Positions 29,656 through 38,956 of a DNA stretch of 44,096 bases are shown piece after piece; the first letter of the stretch is position 1; every line of letters begins with the position of its first letter. The notes under the pieces were generated by a model that saw only the letters and a list, made by a program, of their open reading frames with translations, ran no database searches and was not told the DNA's origin. Made by a program: the position numbers and the translations under genes. Source of the DNA: a virus (Duplodnaviria > Caudoviricetes); IMG/VR virus record IMGVR_UViG_3300037461_000433, positions 1 to 44,096 of that record. One strand, 5' to 3'.

Positions 29656-31356
29656 GTGAAACTTTATAGTTTCCAAAAACAGGGTGTCGCGTTTTTAAAG
29701 GATAAGAAGTATGCCTTATTGGCTGATGATATGGGGCTCGGCAAAACCGCGCAGGCGATCGCCGCTACGAGAGATAGCGGCGCCGCCAATGCTCTTGTAA
29801 TATGTCCCGCGTCAGTTAAATATAACTGGGACCGGGAGATAGATATATGGGATCCCGGGAGTTCAAGGGCTATTATAAATAGAGCGTATGATTTAACAAT
29901 AAAGGGTAACCATAAGTACACCATCATAAACTACGACCTCATACATCGGGCTGACTTCGCGAAGATATTACTGAAAAAATCTTTCGATGTTCTTATATGC
30001 GACGAGGCGCATTACTTAAAGACGAGTAAAACAAAGCGCACACGTATGGTGTACAGTAAAAGAGGACTCGCCGATAATGCCGGTCGGGTATGGCTTCTCA
30101 CGGGCACACCCGTGTTGAATCGACCCGTGGAGATATACCCCATGCTCCGCAGGTTCATGCCCGACCGGCTCGGCAAATTCGCCGACTACATAAATTTTAC
30201 AAGGCGTTTTTGTGAAGGCCGGCGCACAAGATTTGGTTGGGACGACCGCGGCGCCTGTAATATAGAGGAACTCGCGGGGCTTCTTGACGGGTTTATGCTC
30301 CGGCGTATGAAGTCCGAGGTCCTTGATCAGTTGCCTGATAAGATATACCAAAAGATAATGTTTGACGCTCCGTCGACAACGGTTGAGCAGTTACTCGCGA
30401 AAGAGAAAAAACAACAGACCGGTATGGAGTTCTTAGGCACGTTCGCTACTCTTCGCCGGCAGTTGGGTATTGTTAAAGCCCCGCTTGTCGTTAAACACGT
30501 GTTAAACTTGCTCGAGGAAAAAGAAAAGATAATAATATTCGCACACCATAAGGACGTCATAAAACATCTTAAAAGCGCGCTCGTTGGGTTCAGGCCCGTC
30601 GTTCTTGACGGGGGACTGACACCTCTTCAGAAACAGGACGCTGTGGATACGTTTGTTAAAGACCATTTTTGCAGGGTGTTTATAGGCCAAGTTGACGCGG
30701 CCGGGATAGGGATAGACGGTCTACAAAAGGTGTCGGATACCGTAGTATTCGCTGAAATGCCCTGGGTGCCCGGGCAGATAAAACAGGCGATAGATAGGTG
30801 TCATAGGATAGGGCAGAAAAATAAGGTGCTTATACAATTCCTAATGATGAAAGGGGGGATAGATGAAGATATTTATGACGCAGTAGCGGAGAAGTCAAAG
30901 GTGGTAAAGAAGTTAATTAAGGTAACGGAGTATAACGCAGTAGAAAGGGAGGAAAGTATGTCAATAGAACAGTCCCTCGAACGCATAGCTGATGCGCTTG
31001 AGACGATGGCTAACAAAGTATCTGAAATAAGCGGCCCCACTAAAGTTGCCGAAAAACCAGTGAAGGCACCGGCGGCACCCGCGGCAAAGCTCGGTAAGAC
31101 CCCGGTAGTTGAACCCGTGGCTACGAAAGGCGCGTTTAAGAGCGCGAAAGAGCTCTTAGCGTACTGCAACAAGCAGATCCTCAGTATAGAGGATAAGGCC
31201 AAAGCCAAAAACACAGTACAGCGTGTCATGGCGGTCATCAAAGAGAACTACGGCGTAGCCACGCTCGCCGAGATACCCGCTGACAAGCTCGCGGAAGCTA
31301 AAGAGCTTTTCGACGGGGTAATCGCCGGTGACGACGGCGCGGACATGATAGGATAA
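29656..31356 (+). CDS. SNF2-family (SMARCAL1-like) helicase with in-frame C-terminal extension
   Basis: LADDMGLGKT, CDEAHY, LTGTP, QAIDRCHRIGQ. Confidence 0.92.
   Translation: MKLYSFQKQGVAFLKDKKYALLADDMGLGKTAQAIAATRDSGAANALVICPASVKYNWDREIDIWDPGSSRAIINRAYDLTIKGNHKYTIINYDLIHRADFAKILLKKSFDVLICDEAHYLKTSKTKRTRMVYSKRGLADNAGRVWLLTGTPVLNRPVEIYPMLRRFMPDRLGKFADYINFTRRFCEGRRTRFGWDDRGACNIEELAGLLDGFMLRRMKSEVLDQLPDKIYQKIMFDAPSTTVEQLLAKEKKQQTGMEFLGTFATLRRQLGIVKAPLVVKHVLNLLEEKEKIIIFAHHKDVIKHLKSALVGFRPVVLDGGLTPLQKQDAVDTFVKDHFCRVFIGQVDAAGIGIDGLQKVSDTVVFAEMPWVPGQIKQAIDRCHRIGQKNKVLIQFLMMKGGIDEDIYDAVAEKSKVVKKLIKVTEYNAVEREESMSIEQSLERIADALETMANKVSEISGPTKVAEKPVKAPAAPAAKLGKTPVVEPVATKGAFKSAKELLAYCNKQILSIEDKAKAKNTVQRVMAVIKENYGVATLAEIPADKLAEAKELFDGVIAGDDGADMIG
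30958..31356 (+). CDS. Probable separately initiated in-frame protein (MSIEQSLERIADALE...)
   Basis: GGGAGG precedes an in-frame ATG just after the helicase fold ends. Confidence 0.6.
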   Translation: MSIEQSLERIADALETMANKVSEISGPTKVAEKPVKAPAAPAAKLGKTPVVEPVATKGAFKSAKELLAYCNKQILSIEDKAKAKNTVQRVMAVIKENYGVATLAEIPADKLAEAKELFDGVIAGDDGADMIG

Positions 31357-31374
31357 TGAAAGGAAAATGCAAAC

Positions 31375-32517
31375 ATGGGGAACTCCGATCATTCCAAAAT
31401 AGCGCCGTCTAAGTCCGAGCGGTGGATGAAATGCCCGGGCAGTCTCATTCTTGAGGAAAAATGCCCGCAGCAAGAGTATTCACCGTACGCAGCTGAAGGT
31501 ACTGCCGCGCATGAAGTAGCCGCGCAGTGTTTACGCTCCGGGGACAATGCCGACACGTTCGTTGGTGAGAAAATAGAAGGGGGGGACCGGAAGTTCAAGG
31601 TAGACGAGGATATGGCTTCAAATATCCAGCTATATCTCGATACTATCCGCGCAGATATGGAAGAGGACGGGATACCACATTCTGAGTTACTTGTCGAAGA
31701 GGGTTTTGAACTCTTAGACATCAGTAATATGCTTTATGGTACTACTGACGCCGCGTTCATAAGCCCCTTCGGAAAACTTAGGGTGTATGACCTCAAGTAC
31801 GGACGTGGGACTTACGTGGATGTTGAGGATAACCCTCAACTCCTTATATACGCTCTCGGCGCATGGAAGGCGTCGGGTAAGATGACCGATGGTATAGAAC
31901 TCGTTATCGTACAGCCCCGCTTTCCGGGTGAAGAGCCCGTCCGTAGGTGCGTTTATTCCGCCGAACAGATGTTGAAGTTCGAGAAAGAACTTCGGCTCGC
32001 GGTAGGTAGAGTACACGATGGGGACACATCCCTAAAGACGGGATCGTGGTGTAAGTTCTGCCCCGCGGTCAGTATTTGCGACGCGAAACATAAAGAAGTA
32101 TTCGCGATTGTGCCCGCGGGTAACAAACTCCCGGAGCCGGCGGCCCTCAGTATCGAACAGATGGTTAAAGTGCTTCAGGCTTCAGAGGCGATAGCTGATT
32201 GGGCGGCAGCGGTACATGCCCACGCCGAGAGCCTGGCGAAAACAGGGCTTGAAATCCCCGGGTATAAACTCGTACAAAAACGAGGGAATAGGCGGTGGAT
32301 AGATGAAGCGGCGGTAGAGACAGCCTTCGTGGATCAAGGGGACGACATATATGAGAAGAAACTGAAGTCCCCAGCGAAACTCGAGAAGGTTGTTGGCAAG
32401 GAAGCAATACAGGAATACGTGGAGATTCCTGACAACGGGACGCAACTTGTGCCTAACTCGGCTAAAGGTGAGCCAATACAGGCAAATGCAGCCCAAGTGT
32501 TTGAAAAACTGTCATAA
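31375..32517 (+). CDS. DUF2800 Cas4/PD-(D/E)XK-like exonuclease
   Basis: RWMKCPGS, AAEGTAAH, GTTD...DLKYGRG, NPQLLIYALG, CKFCPAVSIC. Confidence 0.9.
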   Translation: MGNSDHSKIAPSKSERWMKCPGSLILEEKCPQQEYSPYAAEGTAAHEVAAQCLRSGDNADTFVGEKIEGGDRKFKVDEDMASNIQLYLDTIRADMEEDGIPHSELLVEEGFELLDISNMLYGTTDAAFISPFGKLRVYDLKYGRGTYVDVEDNPQLLIYALGAWKASGKMTDGIELVIVQPRFPGEEPVRRCVYSAEQMLKFEKELRLAVGRVHDGDTSLKTGSWCKFCPAVSICDAKHKEVFAIVPAGNKLPEPAALSIEQMVKVLQASEAIADWAAAVHAHAESLAKTGLEIPGYKLVQKRGNRRWIDEAAVETAFVDQGDDIYEKKLKSPAKLEKVVGKEAIQEYVEIPDNGTQLVPNSAKGEPIQANAAQVFEKLS

Positions 32518-32537
32518 TGACAGAGGAGAGTAATACA

Positions 32538-33131
32538 ATGGCAAAAAAAGAGTTCACAGGGGTTAACGTGACAACCCCGCTATGCCGGTTGGCATTTCCG
32601 GCACTGTTCGAGAAGAAGCCTAAGTTCGGGCAGACCGACGCAACAAAGGGAGAGTATTCCGTCGTTATGGTTTTTGATAAAGATGCGGACCTCTCTAAGC
32701 TCAAGAACGCGATAGTACAGGCCGCGAAGAACGAATTTGGCGGTAACGTCGACCTTAAAACCCTTGACCTCAAGCGTATCCGCGATGGCAATACGCTTGA
32801 AAGGGACGAGTTCAAAGATAAGTATATAATCCGCGCCAAGACTTCACTCGGTCAGCCGGGCGTTGTTGACGCGAAACTCAATAAGATCCTCGACCCGAGC
32901 GAGATATATTCAGGGGTGTACGTTCACGTCAATCTCACGGCTAAAGCCTACGCTCTGCCGCAAAAAGGGGTGACGTTCTACCTTAATCACGTCCAGAAGG
33001 TAAAAGACGGGGAGCCTTTCAGCATGCGCAACGCCCCGAAGGACGTGTTCGAAGAACTGGAGTTGAAGGCCGACGATGGTGTAGTAGACACCCAGGCTTC
33101 CGACAAAGAACTCGAAGGGATGTTCGGTTAA
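32538..33131 (+). CDS. DUF2815 single-stranded DNA-binding protein
   Basis: RLAFPALFE, RDGN, EIYSGVY, GVTFYLNHVQKVKDGEPF, acidic tail. Start ATG 32538 after GAGGAG. Confidence 0.88.
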   Translation: MAKKEFTGVNVTTPLCRLAFPALFEKKPKFGQTDATKGEYSVVMVFDKDADLSKLKNAIVQAAKNEFGGNVDLKTLDLKRIRDGNTLERDEFKDKYIIRAKTSLGQPGVVDAKLNKILDPSEIYSGVYVHVNLTAKAYALPQKGVTFYLNHVQKVKDGEPFSMRNAPKDVFEELELKADDGVVDTQASDKELEGMFG

Positions 33132-33134
33132 ACA

Positions 33135-35063
33135 ATGCGTAAAGTTCACATTGACTTCGAATCCCGGTCAACGGTGGACATCTGGCAGTCCGGCGTGTGG
33201 GTCTATTCCACACACCGGACTACCGAGATACTCTGCCTGGCCTACGCGGTAGACGACGGCCCCGTAAAGGTAATATCTTACGAGGACTTATTCACCTACC
33301 CCATGTCGGACCCATTTGCTGAGCTAAGAGAACTCGCTAACGACAAGGATACTTTATTTTATGCACACAATGCGCTTTTCGAGCAGTGTATTTGGCAACA
33401 TAAACTATCGCTTAAATATGGATTACCAAGGCTCCCTATTAACCGTTGGCGGTGTACAATGGCGAAAGCTCTATCTGTCGGACTTCCAAAATCTCTCGCC
33501 GAAGCAGGTGCGGCTCTTGGTACAAAACATCAAAAGGACTTACGGGGGCGTACAGTTATGCTTCGTCTTGCCAAACCTCGAGCCGACGGAAAGTTTGACG
33601 AAAGCCCTGCGCTCATTAAAGAACTCGAAGCGTACTGCGTCCGCGACGTCGAAACGGAAAGAGATATAGACAACACCTTACCTGAATTATCCGCGCACGA
33701 ACAGGTGGTGTGGTTCGAGGACCAGTTAATAAATATGCGCGGCGTCGCGGTAGATACAGTAGCTTTAGACAAGGCTCTGGCAATCCTCGGTAAAGAGACG
33801 GTGCGACTTAAAGGGCGTGTAAAAACCCTGTCTAACGGGCTATTAGATGGGACATCTCGGCGCCAGGCAACACTGGACTACCTCCGCCGTGAGCACAAAG
33901 TTATACTTCCAGATTTTACAAAAGCTACGGTTGAGAAGGCTATTGCGAACGGAAATATACCCGCCGCGGCCCTTGAGGTATTACAGATCCGACAGCAGTT
34001 GGGGCTATCATCCACTGCGAAATATGAAGCCCTTAAAGACGCTATTTGTTTGGACGGACGTCTAAGGGATACATTTATGTATTATACAGCGGGCACCGGT
34101 AGGTGGGGTGGGAAACTTGTACAGCTACAGAACTTGCCAAAAGGTAACTTTGACAGCGCCCTCGGCGCCGAGATGTTAAGGGAGTATGATTACGAGACAT
34201 TACTCTTTATGTACCCCAATATCATGGGTCTATTGTCGTCAAGCGTAAGAGGGATGTTCGTATCTTCCCCGGGGCATGACTTAATAGTGGCCGACTACTC
34301 CGCAATAGAGGCGAGAGTTCTTATGTGGTTTTGCGGGGAGGCGGAAGCTGTCAAAATGTTTGCTAACGGCGCGGACATATACGTGGACATGGCGAAACGC
34401 ATATCAAAGACCGCGCCAAGACAGCTCGGGAAGCAGGCGATACTTGCTTGTGGGTACGGGATGGGTCACGCTAAATTCTTGGCGACCTGCGCCACGTACG
34501 GTATATCTGTCACTCCGGAATTGGCTCAAACCGCGGTTTATGCCTACCGCAACACCTACCCTAAAGTTGTTGCTATGTGGGGCGTACAGGAACGCGCGGC
34601 AATACAAGCCGTCACGGAAGGGCGTAAGGTTATCGCAGGTAAAGTATCCTGGGAAGTGAGAGGCAATTTCTTATGGTGTACTCTGCCCTCAGGACGGAAA
34701 CTCGCTTATCATAAACCGGAGATCCGCGCCAGGGATACATCTGTGGGGGACCGCACCGGGCTATCCTACATGGCGGCGGATAGTATCACCAAAAAATATG
34801 TTAGAAAGGATACGTATGGAGGGAAGATTATTGAGAATATTATACAAGCTACGGCAAGAGATATACTTGCAGATGCTCTGCTCAACTCTGAAAAAGCGGG
34901 TTACCCTCCCGTCATGCACGTGCACGACGAAATCGTGGTGGAAGTCCCGGAGGGGGATGGTGACGTCCAAGAGTTTACAAAAATTATATGTGCAGTTCCA
35001 ACATGGGCTAAAGGTTGCCCGATAAACGCTGATGCGTGGAGAGGCAAGAGGTATCACAAGTGA
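33135..35063 (+). CDS. Family A DNA polymerase (APSE/SPO2-like)
   Basis: Exo IDFES and AHNALFE; TGRWGG; motif A ADYSAIEARV; motif B RQLGKQAILACGYG; motif C HVHDEIV. Confidence 0.95.
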   Translation: MRKVHIDFESRSTVDIWQSGVWVYSTHRTTEILCLAYAVDDGPVKVISYEDLFTYPMSDPFAELRELANDKDTLFYAHNALFEQCIWQHKLSLKYGLPRLPINRWRCTMAKALSVGLPKSLAEAGAALGTKHQKDLRGRTVMLRLAKPRADGKFDESPALIKELEAYCVRDVETERDIDNTLPELSAHEQVVWFEDQLINMRGVAVDTVALDKALAILGKETVRLKGRVKTLSNGLLDGTSRRQATLDYLRREHKVILPDFTKATVEKAIANGNIPAAALEVLQIRQQLGLSSTAKYEALKDAICLDGRLRDTFMYYTAGTGRWGGKLVQLQNLPKGNFDSALGAEMLREYDYETLLFMYPNIMGLLSSSVRGMFVSSPGHDLIVADYSAIEARVLMWFCGEAEAVKMFANGADIYVDMAKRISKTAPRQLGKQAILACGYGMGHAKFLATCATYGISVTPELAQTAVYAYRNTYPKVVAMWGVQERAAIQAVTEGRKVIAGKVSWEVRGNFLWCTLPSGRKLAYHKPEIRARDTSVGDRTGLSYMAADSITKKYVRKDTYGGKIIENIIQATARDILADALLNSEKAGYPPVMHVHDEIVVEVPEGDGDVQEFTKIICAVPTWAKGCPINADAWRGKRYHK

Positions 35064-35224
35064 GTCATAAACTCTCGAAACAGGTGCGCAAGGAAACACG
35101 TAGGCTTCTTGCAAAAAAGATAAACGACATATTGGGGTTGTCGAGGCAACTATCTTTACGGTCCCGCTTGTCGTTAGCGGTGAAGATAGTGCTAAAAACG
35201 AAAGGAGGGGAGATAAGAATATGA
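35060..35224 (+). CDS. Small basic hypothetical protein
   Basis: GTGA overlap with the polymerase stop and ATGA overlap with the next gene. Confidence 0.5.
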   Translation: MSHKLSKQVRKETRRLLAKKINDILGLSRQLSLRSRLSLAVKIVLKTKGGEIRI

Positions 35225-35670
35225 ACATAATAGGAATAGACCCCGGCTGGAGCGGAGGGGTTGCGTACTTAGGTAGACTCGGGACAGAGGCAAAAGGATT
35301 TACGAATATGACGGAGTACGATATTTGGAAAACGATAACTGAAATTTGTCATAAAGATGTTATCTGTTACATGGAGAAGGTCCACGCCATGCCCGGGCAG
35401 GGAGTGACGAGCATGTTCAAATTCGGGCATAACTACGGCTTTGTTAGGGCTTGCGTTATGTCAACCCTTACCCCCATAATAGACGTAAGCCCGATGAAGT
35501 GGCAGACAGCGCTCGGCTGTCTTACAAAGGGGGATAAGAATATAACAAAGGCAAGGGCGCAGCAGTGGTTCCCGAAAGTAAAAGTAACCCACGCTATCGC
35601 CGACGCTCTACTAATAGCAGAGTACGGCAGAAGAACTGAGGTAAAAGACGAAAGGATAAAATTTATATGA
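35221..35670 (+). CDS. RuvC-like Holliday junction resolvase
   Basis: IGIDPG, MEKVHAMPGQGVTSMFKFG, ADALLIAEYG. Confidence 0.88.
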   Translation: MNIIGIDPGWSGGVAYLGRLGTEAKGFTNMTEYDIWKTITEICHKDVICYMEKVHAMPGQGVTSMFKFGHNYGFVRACVMSTLTPIIDVSPMKWQTALGCLTKGDKNITKARAQQWFPKVKVTHAIADALLIAEYGRRTEVKDERIKFI

Positions 35671-37064
35671 AACTAAGCGTGGCGATGATTGTGAAAAATG
35701 AGGAGAGTTGTCTCGAGAACTGCCTGAAATCTTTAGAAGGGCTCGTAGACGAGATCGTTATTTGTGATACCGGGTCGAAGGATAGAACTGTCGAGATAGC
35801 AAAAAAGTACACCAACAAGGTATTCACAGATTATAAGTGGGAGGATAGCTTCTGTAAAGCCCGCAACTATGCCCTCTCAAAATGCACAGGGGACTGGGTT
35901 CTATCTATCGACGCCGACGAAATAATGTTAGATGGTGGTATCGAGAGTATCCGAAAGACCATCGCTGATAACCCTAACGAGTTTTCTCTGAGCGTCACCA
36001 TGCAAAATGCCGGCAACCCTAACACCACTAACTTATTCCCCAAAGTATTTAAGCGTTGTAAAGAAGTTTTTTGGATGGGTGCGGCGCATAACTACATAAC
36101 TAAACGCGCGAATATACACTCCGGCGCTACGATAGTGTACGGGTATAGCAAAGCCCACAAAGGGGATCCGGACAGAACCCTACGCATATTAAAGGCAGAG
36201 GTAGAGAAGGATAGAACTCTCGTAAGAGAAACATTCTATCTCGCGAGGGAATACTACTACCGCAAAGACTATACTACCGCAGTGTATTGGTACGACGAGT
36301 ACCTAAAGATAGCCACGTGGACCCCGGAGATAGCCGACGCTTACCTCATGCGCGCCCGATGTCTGTGGCAATTACAGAGGGGCGAAGAAGCCCGCCACTC
36401 ATGCTATAAAGCCATCCTTTACAACGCCGACTTCAAAGAAGCGCTTCTGTTTATGGCGGATATGGTACACACCCGTAACCGCGACAACTGGCTCATGTTC
36501 GCTGAGATAGTAGAAAATAAAAACGTGCTATTTGTCCGTAACCGCGCTGAGCTATCCCCGGACTTCTATGGTAAACTCCCTGATGGAGAGGCGCGATACC
36601 TTAATATCTACGAAAAAGTACAGGAACTCGTAGGTAAGACTACGGAAATCCTGGACATAGGCTGCGGCCCGAAGGCCCCCTTAGCTAAATACTTTGACAG
36701 TTACGATGGTTTCGATCTCTGTAAGAACCCTATGCGAATTGCAGATGCGTACGACCCTAAAAGTTATACTCGGATAGACTATTCCGGGTATACTTGTCTC
36801 GAGGTCCTTGAGCATTTATCGGACGATTTGAAAGTCCTCGCCAATATTCCAAAAGGTAAGCCGATAATATTTTCTGTGCCGTCCTTTTACTGCCCCGGGC
36901 ACGTTCGGGTGTATACGCTAAAGACTTTAACCTGGAGATTCCGTAATCTACTCGACATCCATTGGTCGACAAGATTTAATTGGTGCAAAGACAAACATCA
37001 ATGGGAGGAAGGGGGCGAGGAAACACCGGAGTACATAACACTTTGTGTCGCAGTTAAAAAATAA
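35667..37064 (+). CDS. GT2 glycosyltransferase + TPR + class I SAM methyltransferase-like fusion
   Basis: MIVKNEE, DTGSKDRT, ARNYAL, SIDADE; TPR-like FYLAREYY; LDIGCG, CLEVLEHL, SVPSF...HVR. Confidence 0.9.
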   Translation: MKLSVAMIVKNEESCLENCLKSLEGLVDEIVICDTGSKDRTVEIAKKYTNKVFTDYKWEDSFCKARNYALSKCTGDWVLSIDADEIMLDGGIESIRKTIADNPNEFSLSVTMQNAGNPNTTNLFPKVFKRCKEVFWMGAAHNYITKRANIHSGATIVYGYSKAHKGDPDRTLRILKAEVEKDRTLVRETFYLAREYYYRKDYTTAVYWYDEYLKIATWTPEIADAYLMRARCLWQLQRGEEARHSCYKAILYNADFKEALLFMADMVHTRNRDNWLMFAEIVENKNVLFVRNRAELSPDFYGKLPDGEARYLNIYEKVQELVGKTTEILDIGCGPKAPLAKYFDSYDGFDLCKNPMRIADAYDPKSYTRIDYSGYTCLEVLEHLSDDLKVLANIPKGKPIIFSVPSFYCPGHVRVYTLKTLTWRFRNLLDIHWSTRFNWCKDKHQWEEGGEETPEYITLCVAVKK

Positions 37065-37077
37065 AGGAGAGAATAAA

Positions 37078-37485
37078 ATGATATTGAAATTGAGGAAGTT
37101 GGATGAGATAAGCGCTACATTGAACAAGATATTACAAAAAGACATAGATGTGAAGTTGGCATATCGGATGCGTAAGATTACGCTAAAGATAATGGACGAG
37201 TTTAAACACGTCCAGGACGCTTCGCGCGACCTTTACAAAAAGTACGGGGAAGAAGCAAAGACTCCCGATGGTAAGCCGATGGGGAAGTACACCATCCCCG
37301 CCAAGAATAAAGATGCGTTTGAGAAGGACATAAATGCCCTCATGGACACCGAGGTCGATTTAGGTGGGGAGAAAATACCCTTCGCTTGTTTAGAGAGTAT
37401 GGATAAACTCTCTGCTGTAGACATCGCTAATCTCGATTCGATCGTTGAACCGCCTGAAGCGCCTGTCAAACCTATTAAAAAGTAG
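37078..37485 (+). CDS. Hypothetical protein (DUF1617-like)
   Basis: AAGGAG precedes ATG 37078; VKLAYRMRK...KKYGE...F..DINALMDTEV pattern. Confidence 0.55.
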   Translation: MILKLRKLDEISATLNKILQKDIDVKLAYRMRKITLKIMDEFKHVQDASRDLYKKYGEEAKTPDGKPMGKYTIPAKNKDAFEKDINALMDTEVDLGGEKIPFACLESMDKLSAVDIANLDSIVEPPEAPVKPIKK

Positions 37486-37493
37486 TCATAAAG

Positions 37494-37525
37494 ATACCCC
37501 GGCGGTGTTAACACCCCCGGGGTAT
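37494..37525. terminator. Bidirectional terminator between the convergent arms
   Basis: ataccccgg-c-ggtgt-ta-acacc-c-ccggggtat near-perfect palindrome with a T-rich 3' flank and an A-rich 5' flank. Confidence 0.8.
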
Positions 37526-37530
37526 TTTAT

Positions 37531-37776
37531 TTATTCCCCTGCGCTTTTCAGAATAGCCTTTATTTTATCGGCTAACTCTTTCGCCTTATCTTCTCCATAC
37601 TTTTTTGTGAAGGCTGTTATAAAGTCGTACAGACTTTTTTTGATACTTTCATCGAGCTTTCCCCATACGTCTTTCAGGATAGCCCTCAGCCACGGCAAGT
37701 CCCACGCATCTATCTTGTTATATGCGGGCTGGAACCACGCGGCTATCTTACTTAACTTCTTTTCTATTGCGTTCAT
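37531..37776 (-). CDS. Small hypothetical protein, last gene of the late arm
   Basis: AAGGAGG RBS. Ends at the terminator. Confidence 0.65.
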   Translation of the reverse strand: MNAIEKKLSKIAAWFQPAYNKIDAWDLPWLRAILKDVWGKLDESIKKSLYDFITAFTKKYGEDKAKELADKIKAILKSAGE

Positions 37777-37930
37777 CCTTCGCCTCCTTTGATTTAGCTA
37801 TGTCCGCAAGCGGATCCGTACGCACTTGGTCTGTCGGATCGAACGCCGGGCCATCGGTCCATGAAATAATAAAACCCTTCTCCGCCTGTTTCTTTAAGAA
37901 TTTATTTATATAATCGCCTAAACAGTTCAT
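37748..37930 (-). CDS. Small hypothetical protein
   Basis: ATGA overlap with the upstream gene (MNCLGDY start). Confidence 0.5.
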   Translation of the reverse strand: MNCLGDYINKFLKKQAEKGFIISWTDGPAFDPTDQVRTDPLADIAKSKEAKDERNRKEVK

Positions 37931-38148
37931 AACTCTTTCCTGAAAGCCATGTAAAACGCGTCCAGCCACGATATGAGGCGCGTTCTGAGCTTATTGTATG
38001 GCGCACTGCCTATTTGGGAGATAACCATGTTCCTGAGCCCTATGGCGCAGTCTTTGGCTAAAGACTTGGGGTCTTGGTTGTCCAACACATCAGTTACTGC
38101 CTTTGGTGCCAAGAGTCCGGCAAAGAACTTAGTTATATTTTGTCCCAT
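37927..38148 (-). CDS. Small hypothetical protein
   Basis: Tightly packed ORF with GAGG. Confidence 0.55.
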   Translation of the reverse strand: MGQNITKFFAGLLAPKAVTDVLDNQDPKSLAKDCAIGLRNMVISQIGSAPYNKLRTRLISWLDAFYMAFRKEL

Positions 38149-38410
38149 ACTTAGCCTCTGTTTTCTTCCATGCGTATATCTGGTAACATAGCTCTATGGC
38201 ACAGTTTAATACGGAGTCAGGTATCTTCTCTAAACCCCTTGCCTGAACCCGATCAGTTATGACCTGAAAAACTTTTTTACGCGCTTCTTCATTAGTGAAA
38301 TTACAGTTGCTTACCTCCCGTATGGTACACATAAGATCATCATAGATAGGGTGGATATACCTCCAGATAAAAAGTATTATCTGCCATGTACTTATTAGCC
38401 ATTTCCACAT
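38129..38410 (-). CDS. Small protein with hydrophobic N-terminus (possible lysis accessory)
   Basis: MWKWLISTWQIILFIWRY. Confidence 0.55.
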   Translation of the reverse strand: MWKWLISTWQIILFIWRYIHPIYDDLMCTIREVSNCNFTNEEARKKVFQVITDRVQARGLEKIPDSVLNCAIELCYQIYAWKKTEAKYGTKYN

Positions 38411-38413
38411 ACT

Positions 38414-38602
38414 CTAATAACCCTCCCTTTGTAGTTTGGTTTTCTTCTTATCAGCTTCTTCACGTTCGTAAAGCTGTTCAGCCCAGAGCCAATTATGTAA
38501 GCTGTCAGAAGGTTTATGGCATAGGAGAAGGTAGTTATGCCTACTCTCTGCGAGAAATCTAATACGTTCTTCTCTGGTCACGCCCTCACCTTCCTTACTC
38601 AC
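38414..38602 (-). CDS. DUF2934-like small protein
   Basis: EERIRFLA...NWLWAEQL pattern. Confidence 0.5.
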   Translation of the reverse strand: MSKEGEGVTREERIRFLAESRHNYLLLCHKPSDSLHNWLWAEQLYEREEADKKKTKLQREGY

Positions 38603-38955
38603 TTGTCTGCCCTCGCTTGTAGGGTTACTATCATCTGTTTCAGTTCGTCCATCTTGTCCGAAAGATTGTCGTATTTAAGTATCAGGGTCTGTATCTTGGA
38701 GGCAAGTTCGTGCCGTGCGTCTATATTCTGTCGCTCAATTCTATCCCTGTCCTCCTTGTCGTGCGTATGCTCCTTATTACAGATATCTGAGCGAACAAAC
38801 GATTCGTGGCAGAATTTCTTAAAGCCTTCAAATTGGTCTTTAGAGATGAAGGTTGTCTCCAACTTTCCAAGCATATAAGATACTCTCACAATAGCAAGGA
38901 ATAGACCAAGGACGTAGATTACAATATTGAGATAAAATTCAGTGGATAGGTTCAT
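38599..38955 (-). CDS. Single-TM plus coiled-coil protein, holin-like candidate
   Basis: N-terminal hydrophobic helix. Located after the tail genes. Confidence 0.55.
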   Translation of the reverse strand: MNLSTEFYLNIVIYVLGLFLAIVRVSYMLGKLETTFISKDQFEGFKKFCHESFVRSDICNKEHTHDKEDRDRIERQNIDARHELASKIQTLILKYDNLSDKMDELKQMIVTLQARADK

Positions 38956-38956
38956 A

